This document shows, piece after piece, positions 14,313 through 30,176 of a stretch of 64,000 nucleotides of DNA. Origin of the DNA: the human T2T-CHM13v2.0 reference genome, Homo sapiens. The stretch lies in the NCBI RefSeq assembly GCF_009914755.1, contig NC_060928.1. One strand, 5' to 3'. Both the position numbers and the translations under genes were made by a program. The number at the start of each line of letters is the position of its first letter. Within the stretch, counting starts at the first letter, position 1. The notes under the pieces are model-generated. The model searched no databases and was not told the DNA's origin. It saw nothing but the letters and a program-made list of their open reading frames with translations.

Positions 14313-14914
14313 GTAAGTACAAGTAAAACTACATTCTCCACTAGAAATTACAATCCATTCGCCCCTGCTTTTTTATCCACATCTAATAAGAAAGTTAAAA
14401 TCCAACACATGAACCTGTAGCTCAAGCTTCCGTGATTTTTAGAAAATAAAAAAGTTAAACAAATCAAGCCAGTGGTCCAAAGATTGATGGTGGACTCCAG
14501 ACAGTGATAAACAGAGAAAGAAGTAAGAGTTTCTTAGAATGTTATCCTCAAGAGGAAATTAAGTGATCTCTAACTTCCTGATTATATTAATACAAATAAA
14601 TTGAAGCCAAGAAAAGATCAATTACTACTCAATTTCACTTTTAAGTTACTGGATAAACTGAACCCAGAACCCAAGTCTTCTGTTACTCTGCTCAATGGCC
14701 TTTTTACTATACCACACTAGGAGAAGAACCAAATGTATATCACAGAGTGATATACTCTTAATATTCCAGCTCTATGTCATCTAAAAAGTCATTTTAGTGA
14801 TTGTGGCATAGCACCCCACCCCCCTGGAGCTTACTTCTTTTTCCCTAAATATGTGATATGTCCTCAGTGAACTGTGGTAACTTAATAGCTTGACTGGAGA
14901 GTGGGCGACAGATT

Positions 14915-14920
<6 letters not shown>

Positions 14921-14945
<25 letters not shown>

Positions 14946-15566
14946 GAGACAGGTGGGAGATCACCTGAGCCTTGGGGGTGGAGGTTGCAGTGAGCCATAG
15001 CACCACTGCACTCCAGCCTGGGTGACAGAGCGAGACTATCTCAAACAAAAGAGAGGTTGGCATTACCTGCTCTAAGAGGTCCCTTTCAGCTTTAAGATTA
15101 TGTATATATACATTTTGTAAGTAAGTCTTTTCATCTCCCACAGTCTATTATTAGCATGGCAGCCAGAGTGAACCTGTGAAAACAATAGTCTCATCTTGTT
15201 GCTCCTCTGCTCAGTCCCTGCAATGACTGCCAATTTCTTATCTTTCTTTTCTTTCTTTCTTTCTTTTTTTTTTTTTTGTAAGACAGAGTCTCGCTCTGTC
15301 ATCCAGGCTGGAGTGCAGTGGCACGATCTCGGCTCACTGCAACCTCCACCTTCTGGATTCAAGCAATTCAGTTCTCATACCTCAGCCTCCCGAGTAGCTG
15401 AGATTACAGGTGTGTGCCATCACACCCGTCTAATCTTTGTATTTTTTTAGAGATGGGATTTCACCATGTTGACCAGACTAGTATCGAACTCCTGGCCTCA
15501 AGTGATCCAGCCACCTCAGCCTCCCAAAGTGCTGGGATTACAGGCATGAGCCACTGCAACTGGCAG
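14921..15566 (-). mobile_element. Composite Alu insertion (full Alu + non-Alu segment + inverted Alu arm + poly-A)
   Basis: Antisense Alu at ~15240-15565, sense right-arm fragment at ~14953-15050 and poly-T at 14919-14945, all bounded by AGATTGTTCTT at 14910-14920 and 15567-15577. Confidence 0.75.
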
Positions 15567-15775
15567 AGATTGTTCTTAAAATAACATTGAAGATTACCGT
15601 GTCAGTAATGGTATAAGGCGCTCTCAAATATATCATGAAATAACCCCAAATAAAAATGATTCAGATAATTGTATGCAACCTAGAAAGTGGCACTTCTAAT
15701 TTTCATATGAGTAACATAAGAAAGGAAGCAGAAAGATCCAGGCAGTTATCACAGGCTTTAAGAAGCTTTTATTTA

Positions 15776-16362
<587 letters not shown>

Positions 16363-17653
16363 CTAAGATGTCTGTATTCTACCTCTTGAGGGCACTACCT
16401 GATTTCCTGCATGATCTTGGGAGATATTTCCTTGCCTGTCTTTCTCATCTCCATCCACAAATGGGGATTAAAATACTTTTCTTTATATTGCATTTGTTTT
16501 AAAAAGAAAAATCAAATGATCTAAATGCCACACAAATGTCTAACAAACATACTGACTGAGTTCGTGATGATTAAATCATTCATTAAATGAAAATTTATTA
16601 AGAACATCCCACTCTCCTCGGTACTGGAAAACAAGGATGAGAAGCATAATGTTTTCATTCAAAACCTTCACATGGGAGAATTAAATGGAAGAATCCCAGG
16701 AAAATAGGAAACTGAAATTCAGTGGGATAATTGTGATGACAGAAATCTGTACTGCTGTGGACTCCTAGGAATAGGACCTAATTCTGCCCATGGAAGTCAA
16801 GACACAGAAGGTAGAAGTCAAACTGAGCTCTGAAGGATGAGTCAAATTTGCCAGGAGGAATAAATGTGTCAATGGAAGAAGTTTCAATATGAATAAGCCG
16901 TGTGCAAAGGCACTGAAACATAAAAAGAATAGAGAACCCAGAGAATTCAACGTAGTTGTGATTTGCAACTGCATAAAGTGCAAGGGGGAGGAAATGAGGC
17001 TGAATGTAATAGTTATAGCCCAGATTATTATTAAAAATTGTATTATTATTATATAATATATAACACTTATTAGGCACTTACTAAGTACCAGGCACTGAGC
17101 TGTACTTATTTTGTCTCATTTGGCCCTCATGACAACCTATGAGGTAGACGTTATTTTATTATCGTCTCCATATTACAAATGAATAAACCAAGGTTGGCCC
17201 AGAGTCATAGTACTAATACTGGTGGAACGGGGATTTTAATGCACATCTGTCTAGAGCCCCACTGTTTAGCAGCATGTTGTACTGCTTTGATGTTATGTTA
17301 AGGGATTTAGAGTTTATTTTGTAAAGGAGAACTTTAAATACAAATTTAAAGAGGAAAGGGGCCAAATTTCCATATACCCACTCTCAGCCTCTAATACTCT
17401 GACGGCAGTGCAGAAGCAAGATTAAAGGAAAGTAAGACTGTATCCAGAGTAGCCAGTAAGAAAACTACTGTAACAGTTCAGGGGTACTGTGGATTAAGGA
17501 AGTGGGAACAAGGATGAAAGTTTAGATTTTATAGGACCTGATTATTAATAGTCTGAAGTACTAAGAGAGAGCAGAAACTTAAGAAACTGTACAGATAGTG
17601 GTGAATGTTGCTTAAATATAGAACATCGGAGGAGGAGATTTCACGGGAGATGA

Positions 17654-18137
<484 letters not shown>

Positions 18138-18483
18138 CAATAGAATTCTTAAAAGAGGTATGTAAAAACAGAACAGAAAAATTAGGAGGATGGAGGATGA
18201 AATCATTAAAAACAAAACAGAAAAACAAACAAAAACCCTCAGATGTATAAGGCCTAAAAAGAGAAAGCTGAGCAGTGGTCAGAAAAAAATACCAGGAGAG
18301 AGAACCAGAAAGAGTATGGTCATGGAAACCAAGGAAGAATCAAATTTCAAGAAAGAAAGTAAAGCTAATGATGTTAAAAGAATCATGTGGCTGATAAGAT
18401 TTCCCTGTTATACTAAAAAATTCCAAACAACACCATGGTGGGAAACAAAGGGCAATTATTGATTTCCATTTTCTTTCCTACAG

Positions 18484-21324
18484 AATCCTTACTTTGGATA
18501 TTTTGGATATCATGGCTTTGGGGGTCGCCCTCCTTATTATTCAGAAGAAATGTTTGAACAAGATTTTGAAAAACCCAAAGAAGAAGATCCTCCTAAAGCA
18601 GAAAGTCCAGGCACAGAACCCACAGCTAATTCAACAGTCACTGAGACGAATTCTACCCAACCAAATCCTAAAGGGAGTCAGGGAGGAAATGACACCAGCC
18701 CCACAGGAAACAGTACCCCAGGACTAAACACTGGGAACAACCCTCCAGCTCAAAATGGGATTGGCCCACTCCCTGCAGTCAACGCTTCAGGCCAGGGAGG
18801 GCCAGGAAGTCAAATCCCATGGAGACCAAGTCAGCCAAATATTCGTGAAAATCATCCATATCCTAATATAAGAAATTTTCCTTCAGGAAGACAGTGGTAT
18901 TTCACTGGTACTGTCATGGGGCACAGACAGAATAGGCCTTTTTACAGAAATCAACAAGTTCAAAGGGGTCCTCGGTGGAACTTCTTTGCTTGGGAACGTA
19001 AACAAGTAGCTCGTCCAGGAAATCCAGTTTATCACAAAGCTTACCCTCCTACTTCAAGAGGCAATTATCCCAATTATGCAGGAAATCCAGCAAATCTCAG
19101 AAGAAAGCCTCAGGGGCCAAATAAACACCCTGTAGGAACTACTGTTGCCCCACTGGGTCCCAAACCTGGCCCTGTTGTTCGCAATGAAAAAATCCAAAAT
19201 CCAAAGGAGAAGCCCCTGGGTCCAAAAGAACAAATAATAGTTCCTACAAAGAATCCAACCAGCCCCTGGAGAAACTCTCAACAGTATGAAGTTAATAAAT
19301 CAAATTATAAACTGCCTCACTCTGAGGGTTATATGCCAGTCCCAAATTTTAATTCTGTTGATCAACATGAAAACTCCTATTACCCAAGAGGAGATTCCAG
19401 AAAAGTCCCAAATTCTGATGGACAAACCCAAAGCCAGAATTTGCCCAAAGGGATTGTTTTAGGGTCAAGAAGGATGCCATATGAATCAGAAACTAATCAG
19501 TCAGAATTAAAGCACAGCTCATATCAGCCTGCTGTATACCCTGAGGAAATCCCTTCTCCTGCAAAAGAACATTTTCCTGCTGGAAGAAATACTTGGGACC
19601 ACCAAGAAATCTCTCCACCTTTTAAGGAAGATCCAGGGAGGCAAGAAGAACATTTACCCCATCCTTCCCATGGTTCTAGAGGAAGTGTTTTCTACCCTGA
19701 ATATAACCCATATGATCCCAGGGAAAACTCACCATACCTTAGAGGCAATACATGGGATGAGAGAGATGATTCTCCCAATACTATGGGGCAAAAAGAAAGT
19801 CCACTCTACCCCATAAATACCCCAGACCAGAAGGAGATAGTCCCTTATAATGAAGAGGACCCAGTTGATCCAACTGGAGATGAAGTCTTTCCTGGACAAA
19901 ATAGATGGGGTGAAGAGTTGAGCTTCAAAGGAGGCCCAACAGTTAGGCACTATGAAGGTGAACAATATACCTCAAATCAGCCAAAGGAATATCTTCCCTA
20001 TTCTTTAGATAATCCATCAAAACCAAGGGAGGATTTTTATTACAGTGAATTTTACCCATGGAGCCCGGATGAGAATTTTCCATCATATAATACAGCTTCT
20101 ACTATGCCACCACCTATAGAGAGCAGGGGCTACTACGTTAATAATGCCGCTGGACCAGAAGAAAGCACTCTATTTCCTTCACGGAATTCCTGGGACCACA
20201 GGATACAAGCCCAAGGGCAGAGAGAAAGAAGGCCGTATTTTAACAGAAATATCTGGGATCAGGCAACACATTTACAAAAAGCCCCAGCTAGGCCACCAGA
20301 CCAGAAAGGTAACCAGCCCTATTACAGTAACACCCCAGCTGGGCTTCAGAAAAATCCAATATGGCATGAAGGTGAGAATTTGAACTATGGCATGCAAATA
20401 ACTAGGATGAATTCTCCAGAGAGAGAACATTCATCTTTCCCTAACTTCATCCCACCAAGTTACCCATCAGGTCAAAAAGAAGCACATTTATTTCACCTAA
20501 GCCAGAGAGGCTCTTGCTGTGCTGGTAGCTCCACAGGGCCCAAGGACAATCCACTAGCTCTACAAGACTACACTCCATCCTATGGTCTTGCACCTGGGGA
20601 GAACCAAGACACCAGTCCTCTGTATACAGACGGTAGTCATACCAAGCAGACAAGAGATATCATCTCCCCAACAAGCATCCTACCAGGCCAAAGAAACAGC
20701 TCAGAGAAGAGGGAAAGCCAAAACCCTTTTAGAGATGATGTGTCCACGCTGAGGAGGAACACACCATGTTCTATAAAGAATCAACTGGGCCAAAAGGAAA
20801 TTATGCCCTTTCCTGAAGCCAGTTCCCTTCAATCAAAGAATACACCTTGTCTCAAAAATGATCTTGGAGGAGATGGGAACAACATTCTGGAACAAGTTTT
20901 TGAAGACAACCAGCTCAATGAAAGAACTGTTGACCTTACTCCTGAGCAGCTTGTTATTGGTACACCTGATGAAGGCTCCAATCCAGAAGGCATCCAAAGT
21001 CAAGTCCAAGAAAATGAGAGTGAGAGGCAACAGCAAAGACCATCTAACATTCTGCATTTGCCATGCTTTGGCTCCAAATTAGCAAAGCATCACTCTTCCA
21101 CCACCGGAACTCCATCTAGCGATGGAAGGCAAAGCCCATTTGATGGGGATTCAATTACGCCTACTGAAAATCCTAACACATTGGTTGAGTTAGCTACTGA
21201 GGAACAATTTAAGAGTATAAATGTAGACCCACTTGATGCAGATGAACACAGTCCATTTGAATTCCTTCAAAGAGGGACCAATGTACAGGACCAGGTACAA
21301 GACTGCTTACTACTTCAGGCCTAG
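18484..21324 (+). CDS. ENAM: ENAM last coding exon (NPYFGYFGYHGFGGRPPYYSEEMFEQ...DCLLLQA*)
   Basis: Acceptor TTTCCTACAG| at 18483; in frame with the 924-aa ORF 18550..21324; 946 codons + TAG; total protein 196+946=1142 aa, Pro/Gln/Asn/Tyr-rich with six C-terminal Cys. Confidence 0.99.
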   Translation, partial: NPYFGYFGYHGFGGRPPYYSEEMFEQDFEKPKEEDPPKAESPGTEPTANSTVTETNSTQPNPKGSQGGNDTSPTGNSTPGLNTGNNPPAQNGIGPLPAVNASGQGGPGSQIPWRPSQPNIRENHPYPNIRNFPSGRQWYFTGTVMGHRQNRPFYRNQQVQRGPRWNFFAWERKQVARPGNPVYHKAYPPTSRGNYPNYAGNPANLRRKPQGPNKHPVGTTVAPLGPKPGPVVRNEKIQNPKEKPLGPKEQIIVPTKNPTSPWRNSQQYEVNKSNYKLPHSEGYMPVPNFNSVDQHENSYYPRGDSRKVPNSDGQTQSQNLPKGIVLGSRRMPYESETNQSELKHSSYQPAVYPEEIPSPAKEHFPAGRNTWDHQEISPPFKEDPGRQEEHLPHPSHGSRGSVFYPEYNPYDPRENSPYLRGNTWDERDDSPNTMGQKESPLYPINTPDQKEIVPYNEEDPVDPTGDEVFPGQNRWGEELSFKGGPTVRHYEGEQYTSNQPKEYLPYSLDNPSKPREDFYYSEFYPWSPDENFPSYNTASTMPPPIESRGYYVNNAAGPEESTLFPSRNSWDHRIQAQGQRERRPYFNRNIWDQATHLQKAPARPPDQKGNQPYYSNTPAGLQKNPIWHEGENLNYGMQITRMNSPEREHSSFPNFIPPSYPSGQKEAHLFHLSQRGSCCAGSSTGPKDNPLALQDYTPSYGLAPGENQDTSPLYTDGSHTKQTRDIISPTSILPGQRNSSEKRESQNPFRDDVSTLRRNTPCSIKNQLGQKEIMPFPEASSLQSKNTPCLKNDLGGDGNNILEQVFEDNQLNERTVDLTPEQLVIGTPDEGSNPEGIQSQVQENESERQQQRPSNILHLPCFGSKLAKHHSSTTGTPSSDGRQSPFDGDSITPTENPNTLVELATEEQFKSINVDPLDADEHSPFEFLQRGTNVQDQVQDCLLLQA

Positions 21325-22505
21325 GGGTTATCCAACCAAGCATTCTTGGGGAAAGAGAAATCACTGACATTCTATACCAATGGTTCCCAAAATTTTTTCC
21401 CCAAGACTTAATTAAGTGTCTGACTGTCTTGGTGATCCTTAAGTTTTCTCCCCTCTCAGCAATAGGAGTAGCGACCCAGGTGGAGCTGAGATTAGGCCTC
21501 TGGGGATCACCAGATCTAGCACTTTCACAGATTAGTGCAGACCTTAAAAAAGCAAGAAGGCCATGACCATCCCTGCCTCGAAACTTGCAAGTCACTTGTC
21601 TGAGTTAGTTTCCTTTTGCTTGATGACTTCTTTTGCTCTCAAAGTTCCATACTTGCAAAATTGGTTTTTCAAGACTGAAAGGCAGATTAACTTTCCATTC
21701 TACTTATGGAGATCCACACATCAGTATAGTCCTGATGCACTGTACGTTTTTTGCTTGTGTTGATCTTGTCAGGTTTTTTTCCTACTCAATATTCTCTTCA
21801 AGCATTTTTTTTCTTCCACTGCCACTCTCTTTACCTTTATCATTTCTTTTTCTTAGCTTTCTTCCTTCTTTTCTCTCTCCCTCAACCATTCTGTATTTAG
21901 CTTTCTAATCCTCATCTTTTTCTCTCTGTATATCACTTCTTACATATTAAATTAGCTATTTTAACCATTTCTAGTCTCTTCTTTATGTCTACCTCCTCCA
22001 TTATGTCTTCGTCTCTTCCAACCTATCTGTTCTGTCTCCCAATGTACCACTTATCAACTAATCCCTCTCCTCTCTGATTCCTTTCTTCCCTTCAATTTAT
22101 CTTTTTCCCTGTTACACCATTTTCATCTTAAGACTGCATGTCACTCTCTTCCTTTTTGTATCCACTCTCCAAATCGTACCCTAAATTTTTCTTGACCCAG
22201 CTTAACCATCATTACAGAATATATTTTGGAAATGGTAGACACTGATAGCTACTTTGTTTTTAGTTATCTTAGGGTCTCTACCAAGTAGACACAGTTCAGT
22301 TAGAGAGACGTATTTAAGGAGAAGGGAAGGCAGGATACCCAGAACTAGCAGCCTAGGGAAAAGGCTTAGGAAGATGGAGAATGAGGAACTGAAGAAACTG
22401 CCGCTCTGAGACTGCACATCCAGGAAAAAAGACTAGGACTTGCCACACACTGCCAATTCATAATCCGCAGGATCTGTAGAAGACATTTTGGGAAACACTG
22501 TCTTA

Positions 22506-23275
22506 AATAAAAACTCAATGTTTAGTTGTTTTTTTTTTTTTTTACTAGTTCAGCATAAGGGATTCTACCAGTATGTGCTACTACTAACATTCTTCATGTC
22601 CATGCAGAATTACTTACAGACACTCTTTCTTGGTATCTTGAATAAATTGTGTAAATTATTTTGAAAAGTGGATATTTCTATATGCCTTGCTTATAATACA
22701 TCAGGGATTATTATTCTTATTAATAACATGTTGGCCTATTATCTGGATGTCCCTTGCCTAGAGCAGGAAAAAAGTCTCAGAATTACCTAAAAACATACTT
22801 TATAACTTTAAGAGATTTCTTAGGATACATCTTCAGGGGCAGATTTCATAACAACATCTCAAAAATTTGGGGAAACACAACGTTGAAAACTTCCTAAGAA
22901 AAGGAATCTTGCCCTTGAATCTTCTGAAGTACCTAGCACAGTGTCTTCAACATAGAAGGTACCCAATAAATATATATCAATTCATTTTTTAATGACTTTC
23001 AACACTCCCATGAAAACACCGTAGTCTGCTTTTCCTGAAAGGTGACTGTCTAGGATGCTGAATGAGCCACCACTCCGTAGCTTTATATATTCAGCAACAT
23101 TTCCATCATAGAATTTCAGCGTTAGAAGGGATCTTAGAGGTAGATTATCCAGGCCATCCCCTACTGCTTACATTCCCCTCCCCCTGGCCAGTTTTATATT
23201 TTAATCACACATTGAAAAATTCATTAACTTATTCTGTATAAAACTGTCTTTTAAGAATTATCCTTTCAAAATAAA
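22506..23275 (+). terminator. ENAM: ENAM polyadenylation signal candidates
   Basis: AATAAA at 22506, 22641, 22965 and 23270; the last is followed by GT/T-rich sequence. Confidence 0.6.
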
Positions 23276-23624
23276 AATGTTATTGTTTCACTAGTTTATT
23301 TTTCCAAATGATTTTTTTTGAAATCTCAATATGAGTACTTTCATTACAAGATACTCACTTCACATTTCACCAAAATGCATGGGTTCACATAATTGTTTTG
23401 GCAGATATGTTGACATATCTGAATTTATAAGACACTGCTACTTAAACTACCATCTGAGATCGCTGCAATGTAAAATGTAAAAAGTACAGTGTGACACTTC
23501 CAAACTGTCTTGAGCATAAGTAAATATTTTTTCTAAAAATGTATAGTGTGACCAAAGGAACACATATTTTGAATTTGAAAACACACAGTGAAAAGAAGGG
23601 AAAATGTCTCTCCAGAAAATAACT

Positions 23625-23944
23625 GTTTTCTTTTTTTTTTTTTTTTTTTTTGGTTTTTGTTTTGAGACAGAGTCTTGCCCTATTGCCCACACTGGAGTGC
23701 AGTGGCACCATCTCAGCTCACTGCAACCTCCACCTCCCAAGTTGAAACAATTCTCGTGCCTCAGCCTCCCAAGCAGCTGAGATTACAAATGTGTGCCACC
23801 AGGCATGGCTAATTCTTGCATTTTTAATAGAGACAGGGTTTCACCATGTTGGTCAGGCTGGTCTCGAACTCCTGACCTCAAGTGATCCATCCACCTCCGC
23901 CTCCCAAAGTGCTGGGATTATAGGCGTGAGCACTGTGGCCGGCC
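23625..23944 (-). mobile_element. Alu (AluS-type)
   Basis: Antisense full Alu with poly-T. Confidence 0.95.
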
Positions 23945-25367
23945 CAGAAAACTCTTGATGTCATCAGCACAGGTATGCATTTGCAAACCTGGATACCAGA
24001 TATGAGTTCCTTACAGTAAAGAAATCAATTATTCTGTATGCTCTTGCTAAGTTATTGATAAAGCTTTTAAAGTCTGCTCTAAAGTTAAGGTGCACGCGGT
24101 GGATATCGGAGGCTCTAAAAGTAACCCTCTTGTCTTAGCATCTGAACCCTACCGCTACTACTACACTTCTGTGATGAGTTCCTACATCTAGTGGTCATCT
24201 GCTGATTCTAAACTAGCTGGATATAGTCTATGATGTCTTTAGTTGATAAGGTAAAGAAGAAGAAAAAAATGTGAGGATTATAAACACAAGAGATAATCCA
24301 GCAAGGTTGACACTCATCTGCTTTATATGCACAGCCTACAGTAAACTTCTCTAGAGGATGGTTGGGCATTAATCCAGGTGCCTGGGGGAAATCTTGCATT
24401 TCCTCACCTGACACAGGAAGCAAAGTAAGATGACAAAATGTAGAGCCAAGCCAGACCTCCGTAAACAGCCTAGTAGCCATTAGCATGGAGAGTCTTCTCT
24501 GACTTTTTGGAGCACCTAAACATGTAGATAACATGTTTCACTTCGGTCACTCACATCAGCATCTTAACTTTATACACCTTTAAAGAAAACGCAGAAGTAA
24601 TGACCTTTGAGTTATTTGTATTATTAACATTACTCAGACGTATCTCTGACCACTCGTTTCCTCTTCCCTCATTTACCCCAGTCGCCTTCAATCATGACCT
24701 TAAGGAAACTGAAAAAGATTCATCTTGACCTCAGGAAACCAAACTTCATTTCTAATAACTAAAAAAGAAACCAGAAACGTTGGACTTAAAAAATCAACAG
24801 CTCTGTCCCAACTGCCCAATCAAAAGTTGGAAGAAAACTTCACTCGATGGAAAATAGACGTTCACCATTTCACAATAAAATATAGCATTAGGTTTTGTCC
24901 ACATGCGCTTCCATGTGACTCCACCTCACCCCTAGTCCAATAACATCAGCCACTGAAACTTTTCTTCTTGCTTTGAATTTACAGTCAATTAGATTTAGAA
25001 ATAGGATTCAACTGGTAACAAGCAAAATTCCATGCTGGCAGAGGAAAAATTTTCAAATGAAGAGGCGAAGAGGAAGCTGATCTGTAATTTGACAAAGATA
25101 TAATTGTGAAATAGATAAAGCTATTCTCAGGATCCCTTCACATCCCAGGCAAGGTCCTGTGCTCTCATGATGCCCCCATTTCATCCACCTGAGCACCCAG
25201 CAACTTCCGTTTCTGTGCCTCATCAGAGCTTGACCAGTAATTACCTCTGAGCTTACCCAAATAACCTTATCTCATTCCTTTCTGCACTATATAAAGCTTT
25301 ACTCCTATTGCTGATGAATATAATTTTTATCTGGCTGATGCGGAATGTGCTTGGTTGGCTTTACTCT

Positions 25368-25652
<285 letters not shown>

Positions 25653-25664
25653 GACTTTACTCTT

Positions 25665-25978
<314 letters not shown>

Positions 25979-25982
25979 GCCA

Positions 25983-26257
25983 GCTTTACTCTTATTGCTA
26001 ATTAATATAATCTTTATCTGGCTGATGCTAAGTATGCTTACTTGGGCAAATGGCTAACTTGTCAAGAACTGCGCAGAAGGAAAACATTTCTCACCAATGG
26101 TACTTATTTATGCCTGCCTTTTAAAAATGTCACCCATTTAATTCAAATTAAAAAGAGAGGGCAAAAAGTGCAAGCATTATAATAGACTTATGACAGGTTA
26201 ATGAATTGGTCGCACTAACCTCAAAATGCCACGTTAGCTTTAAGAAAATATTACAGT
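25983..26257 (+). repeat. 275-bp local duplication, copy A
   Basis: Aligns without gaps to 29642-29916 at ~88% identity (manual count). Confidence 0.9.
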
Positions 26258-26297
26258 ATTTGCTGTGGTTTAACTCAGTAAAAATATTTTTTTCTCA

Positions 26298-26660
<363 letters not shown>

Positions 26661-27241
26661 TCATCTGTTAAACCACATTGGCAGCTGCCTCTGGATTCAG
26701 GCTGTTTTCTGACAGTGTTGCATGCCATGCTAGCATTATTCCAGTTTTAATGTGTATATGATTGTGAACTGTGTTAAAATGCAGATGTTGATTCAGAGGC
26801 TCTGGAGCAGAGCCCACCATTCTGTGGTATTAACATGCTCCCAGGTGGTAGTGATTCAACCAATCGGTGGACAAAGTGGCAAAGTGGTAAGGGTGGCAAA
26901 GTGGTAGGCTGCTCCCTCTAAATAAGTGGCAACTTCACACTCACCAGGGAAGGAACAGAAAGGTCTTGACCAATGAAAAAACTATCACCAATTTGAGGGG
27001 ATGTGTATAAATTAAGCATATAAGTGAAAGATTCAAGACAGAAAGAGAAACAGGAGCAGGCTGATCCTGTCTCTATTCTGACATTTGTGTTATGCTTCTT
27101 CCTCTTTCACTGCTTGGCTCGTGTAGTTCTAGAAGGTTCTATTCTCCATCAGGAAAGGCCCCATTCAGTTAACATCTCCTCCAAGATTACCCCAGTCCTA
27201 ACAACCCAGCTTCCCTGAAGGCTCACAGTACATGATCTTTA

Positions 27242-27551
27242 ATATTTATTTATTTATTTATTTATTTATTTGAGACAGTCTTGCTTTGTTGCCCAGGCTG
27301 GAGTGCAGTGATGCGATCTTAGCTCACTGCAACTTCTGCCTCCCTAGTTCAAGCAATTCTCATGCCTCAGCCTCCTGAGTAGCTGGGATTACAGACGTGG
27401 GCCACTACACCCAGCTAATTTTTGTATTTTTAGTAGAGCAGGGGTTTCGTCATGTTGGCCAGGCTGTTCTTGAACTCCTGGCCTCAAGTGATCCACCCAC
27501 CTCAACCTCCCCATGTGCTGGGATTACAGTTGTAAGCCACCATGCCCAGCC
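27242..27551 (-). mobile_element. Alu (AluJb/Sz-like)
   Basis: (TTTA)n tail; TSD GATCTTTAATATTTA. Confidence 0.93.
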
Positions 27552-27900
27552 GATCTTTAATATTTAATCACAACTGTGTCTTATACTGTGTGCTAATTTT
27601 TTCCTGTGTTAGTTTTGCCTATAGAAGAAATAGGAAAACTGAAAAAGTGAGACCCAGTTCTTCTTCTTATGTGGCCCTCATAGCACTGTGCTGAGTACAG
27701 AGTAGATTCTAAGTAAACACCACTCTCTTTATCTTATGCAAATGAATAAATATTTAGAATTTCACCAAAATTAATATTAATGTATTAACTAATATTAAAA
27801 GTTTAATAATGATTAACACTTTTCTAATTATAAAATATACAGTCTTTGTAGAATATTTGGAACATTCTATACTAAAAAGTAAAAGGAAACAAAAAAATAA

Positions 27901-28254
<354 letters not shown>

Positions 28255-28804
28255 GAATTTTCTTAAAGTCACTCCTTTATGCAAAATCCTACATTTTCCT
28301 CTTCACTTTGTATATCAATTTCCATAAATTTTAAAACACATGATGTTTCACTTCAGTTGTATGTAAAATATTTTGAAGTATACCTATATTACCATTCCCT
28401 TGATGATGGACTTAAAGTTTCCTATGAATTTTCACTATTATAAATCACATTGTAATAGATATCTCTATCTCTCTTTGTCTGTATTTCTGGTTATTTCCTC
28501 AGAAGTGGAATTACCGAGGAAGATGGTTTGAAGGATGTTTAGACAGAATAACATACTGACTGAGAGCTTTGGCTTTGGAGTCTGACAGCCTTGGAGCTAA
28601 TCATCAGTTCTCCAAATACCTGAAAAACATTAGGCAGGTTACTTCATCACCCTCACAGCTCAGTTTTACCATTTGTAAAGTGAAAACAGTACTTGTTTTA
28701 TGCAATGTTAGGAGAATTAAATGAAACAACGCGTGTTAAAAACGTACATTCATTGTATTTTGTAACTCAACCACTAGATGGAAGTGGAGGTTTATAATTA
28801 TAAA

Positions 28805-29293
<489 letters not shown>

Positions 29294-29641
29294 CCCAGAA
29301 AATCACTGACCCAATATATATTCACATATATTTACATTCTTTTCTTATTTGTTGTTTAGGCAGGGAGAAGAGCCAAAGAAAATTAACACATAATAACAAC
29401 TGTAAATTATGGATTGTTGCTAATTGCTACCACAGTGGTAATAAGTGATATGCAGACACAGCATGCATCCTTATTTTTATAAAAATCAATGTAGTTATTT
29501 TTGCTCCCATTTTTCAAATGAGGAAGCAATCTTTGAATTAACTTGGCCAATGTTACAGTATGTATTTCAATATAGACCATGGATTTATCCACTAGACTAT
29601 ACTGCTACCCCAAAGCCAAGACCTGGAAATCCCATTAAAGG

Positions 29642-29916
29642 GCTTTATTCTTATTGCTGATTAATATAATTTTCATCTGGCTGCTGCTGAGTGTGCTTAC
29701 CTGAGCAAATGGCTAACTTGTCAAGAACTATGCAGAAGAAAAACATTTCTCACCAATTGTACCTATTTATGCCTGTCTTTTTAAAATGTCATCCATTTAA
29801 TTCAAATTAAAAAGGGGGGGCAAAAGGTGCAAAACTTATAATAGACTTATGACAGGTCAATGAATTGGTCACATTAACCTCAAAATATCACATGAGGTTT
29901 AAGAAAATGTTACAGT
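29642..29916 (+). repeat. 275-bp local duplication, copy B
   Basis: Paralogous to 25983-26257. Confidence 0.9.
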
Positions 29917-30176
29917 GGACATAGTGATTCTCTAAGAGCCTCAATTGATGTTTGTTAAGACTATAGCAGAGTGATTCAGACTTTTCATTGCCATTTACTA
30001 GATAAGTGAACCACTCAAATGGCTAATTATCCACTTAGTTGGTTTTCTCATTTATAATATGAAATACCCAAAAAGTTATTGTAAGGATAAAATGAGATGA
30101 CATAGATAAATCATTTGGTACTTGAAGAATGCTATCATCGTTATCATCACTAAATCAGATAGATCATAATCAGTAT

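Noticed and set aside
19054-21595. Antisense and alternative-frame ORFs overlapping the ENAM last exon
   Set aside because: Short shadows of a long coding exon, with no independent splice, promoter or homology support.
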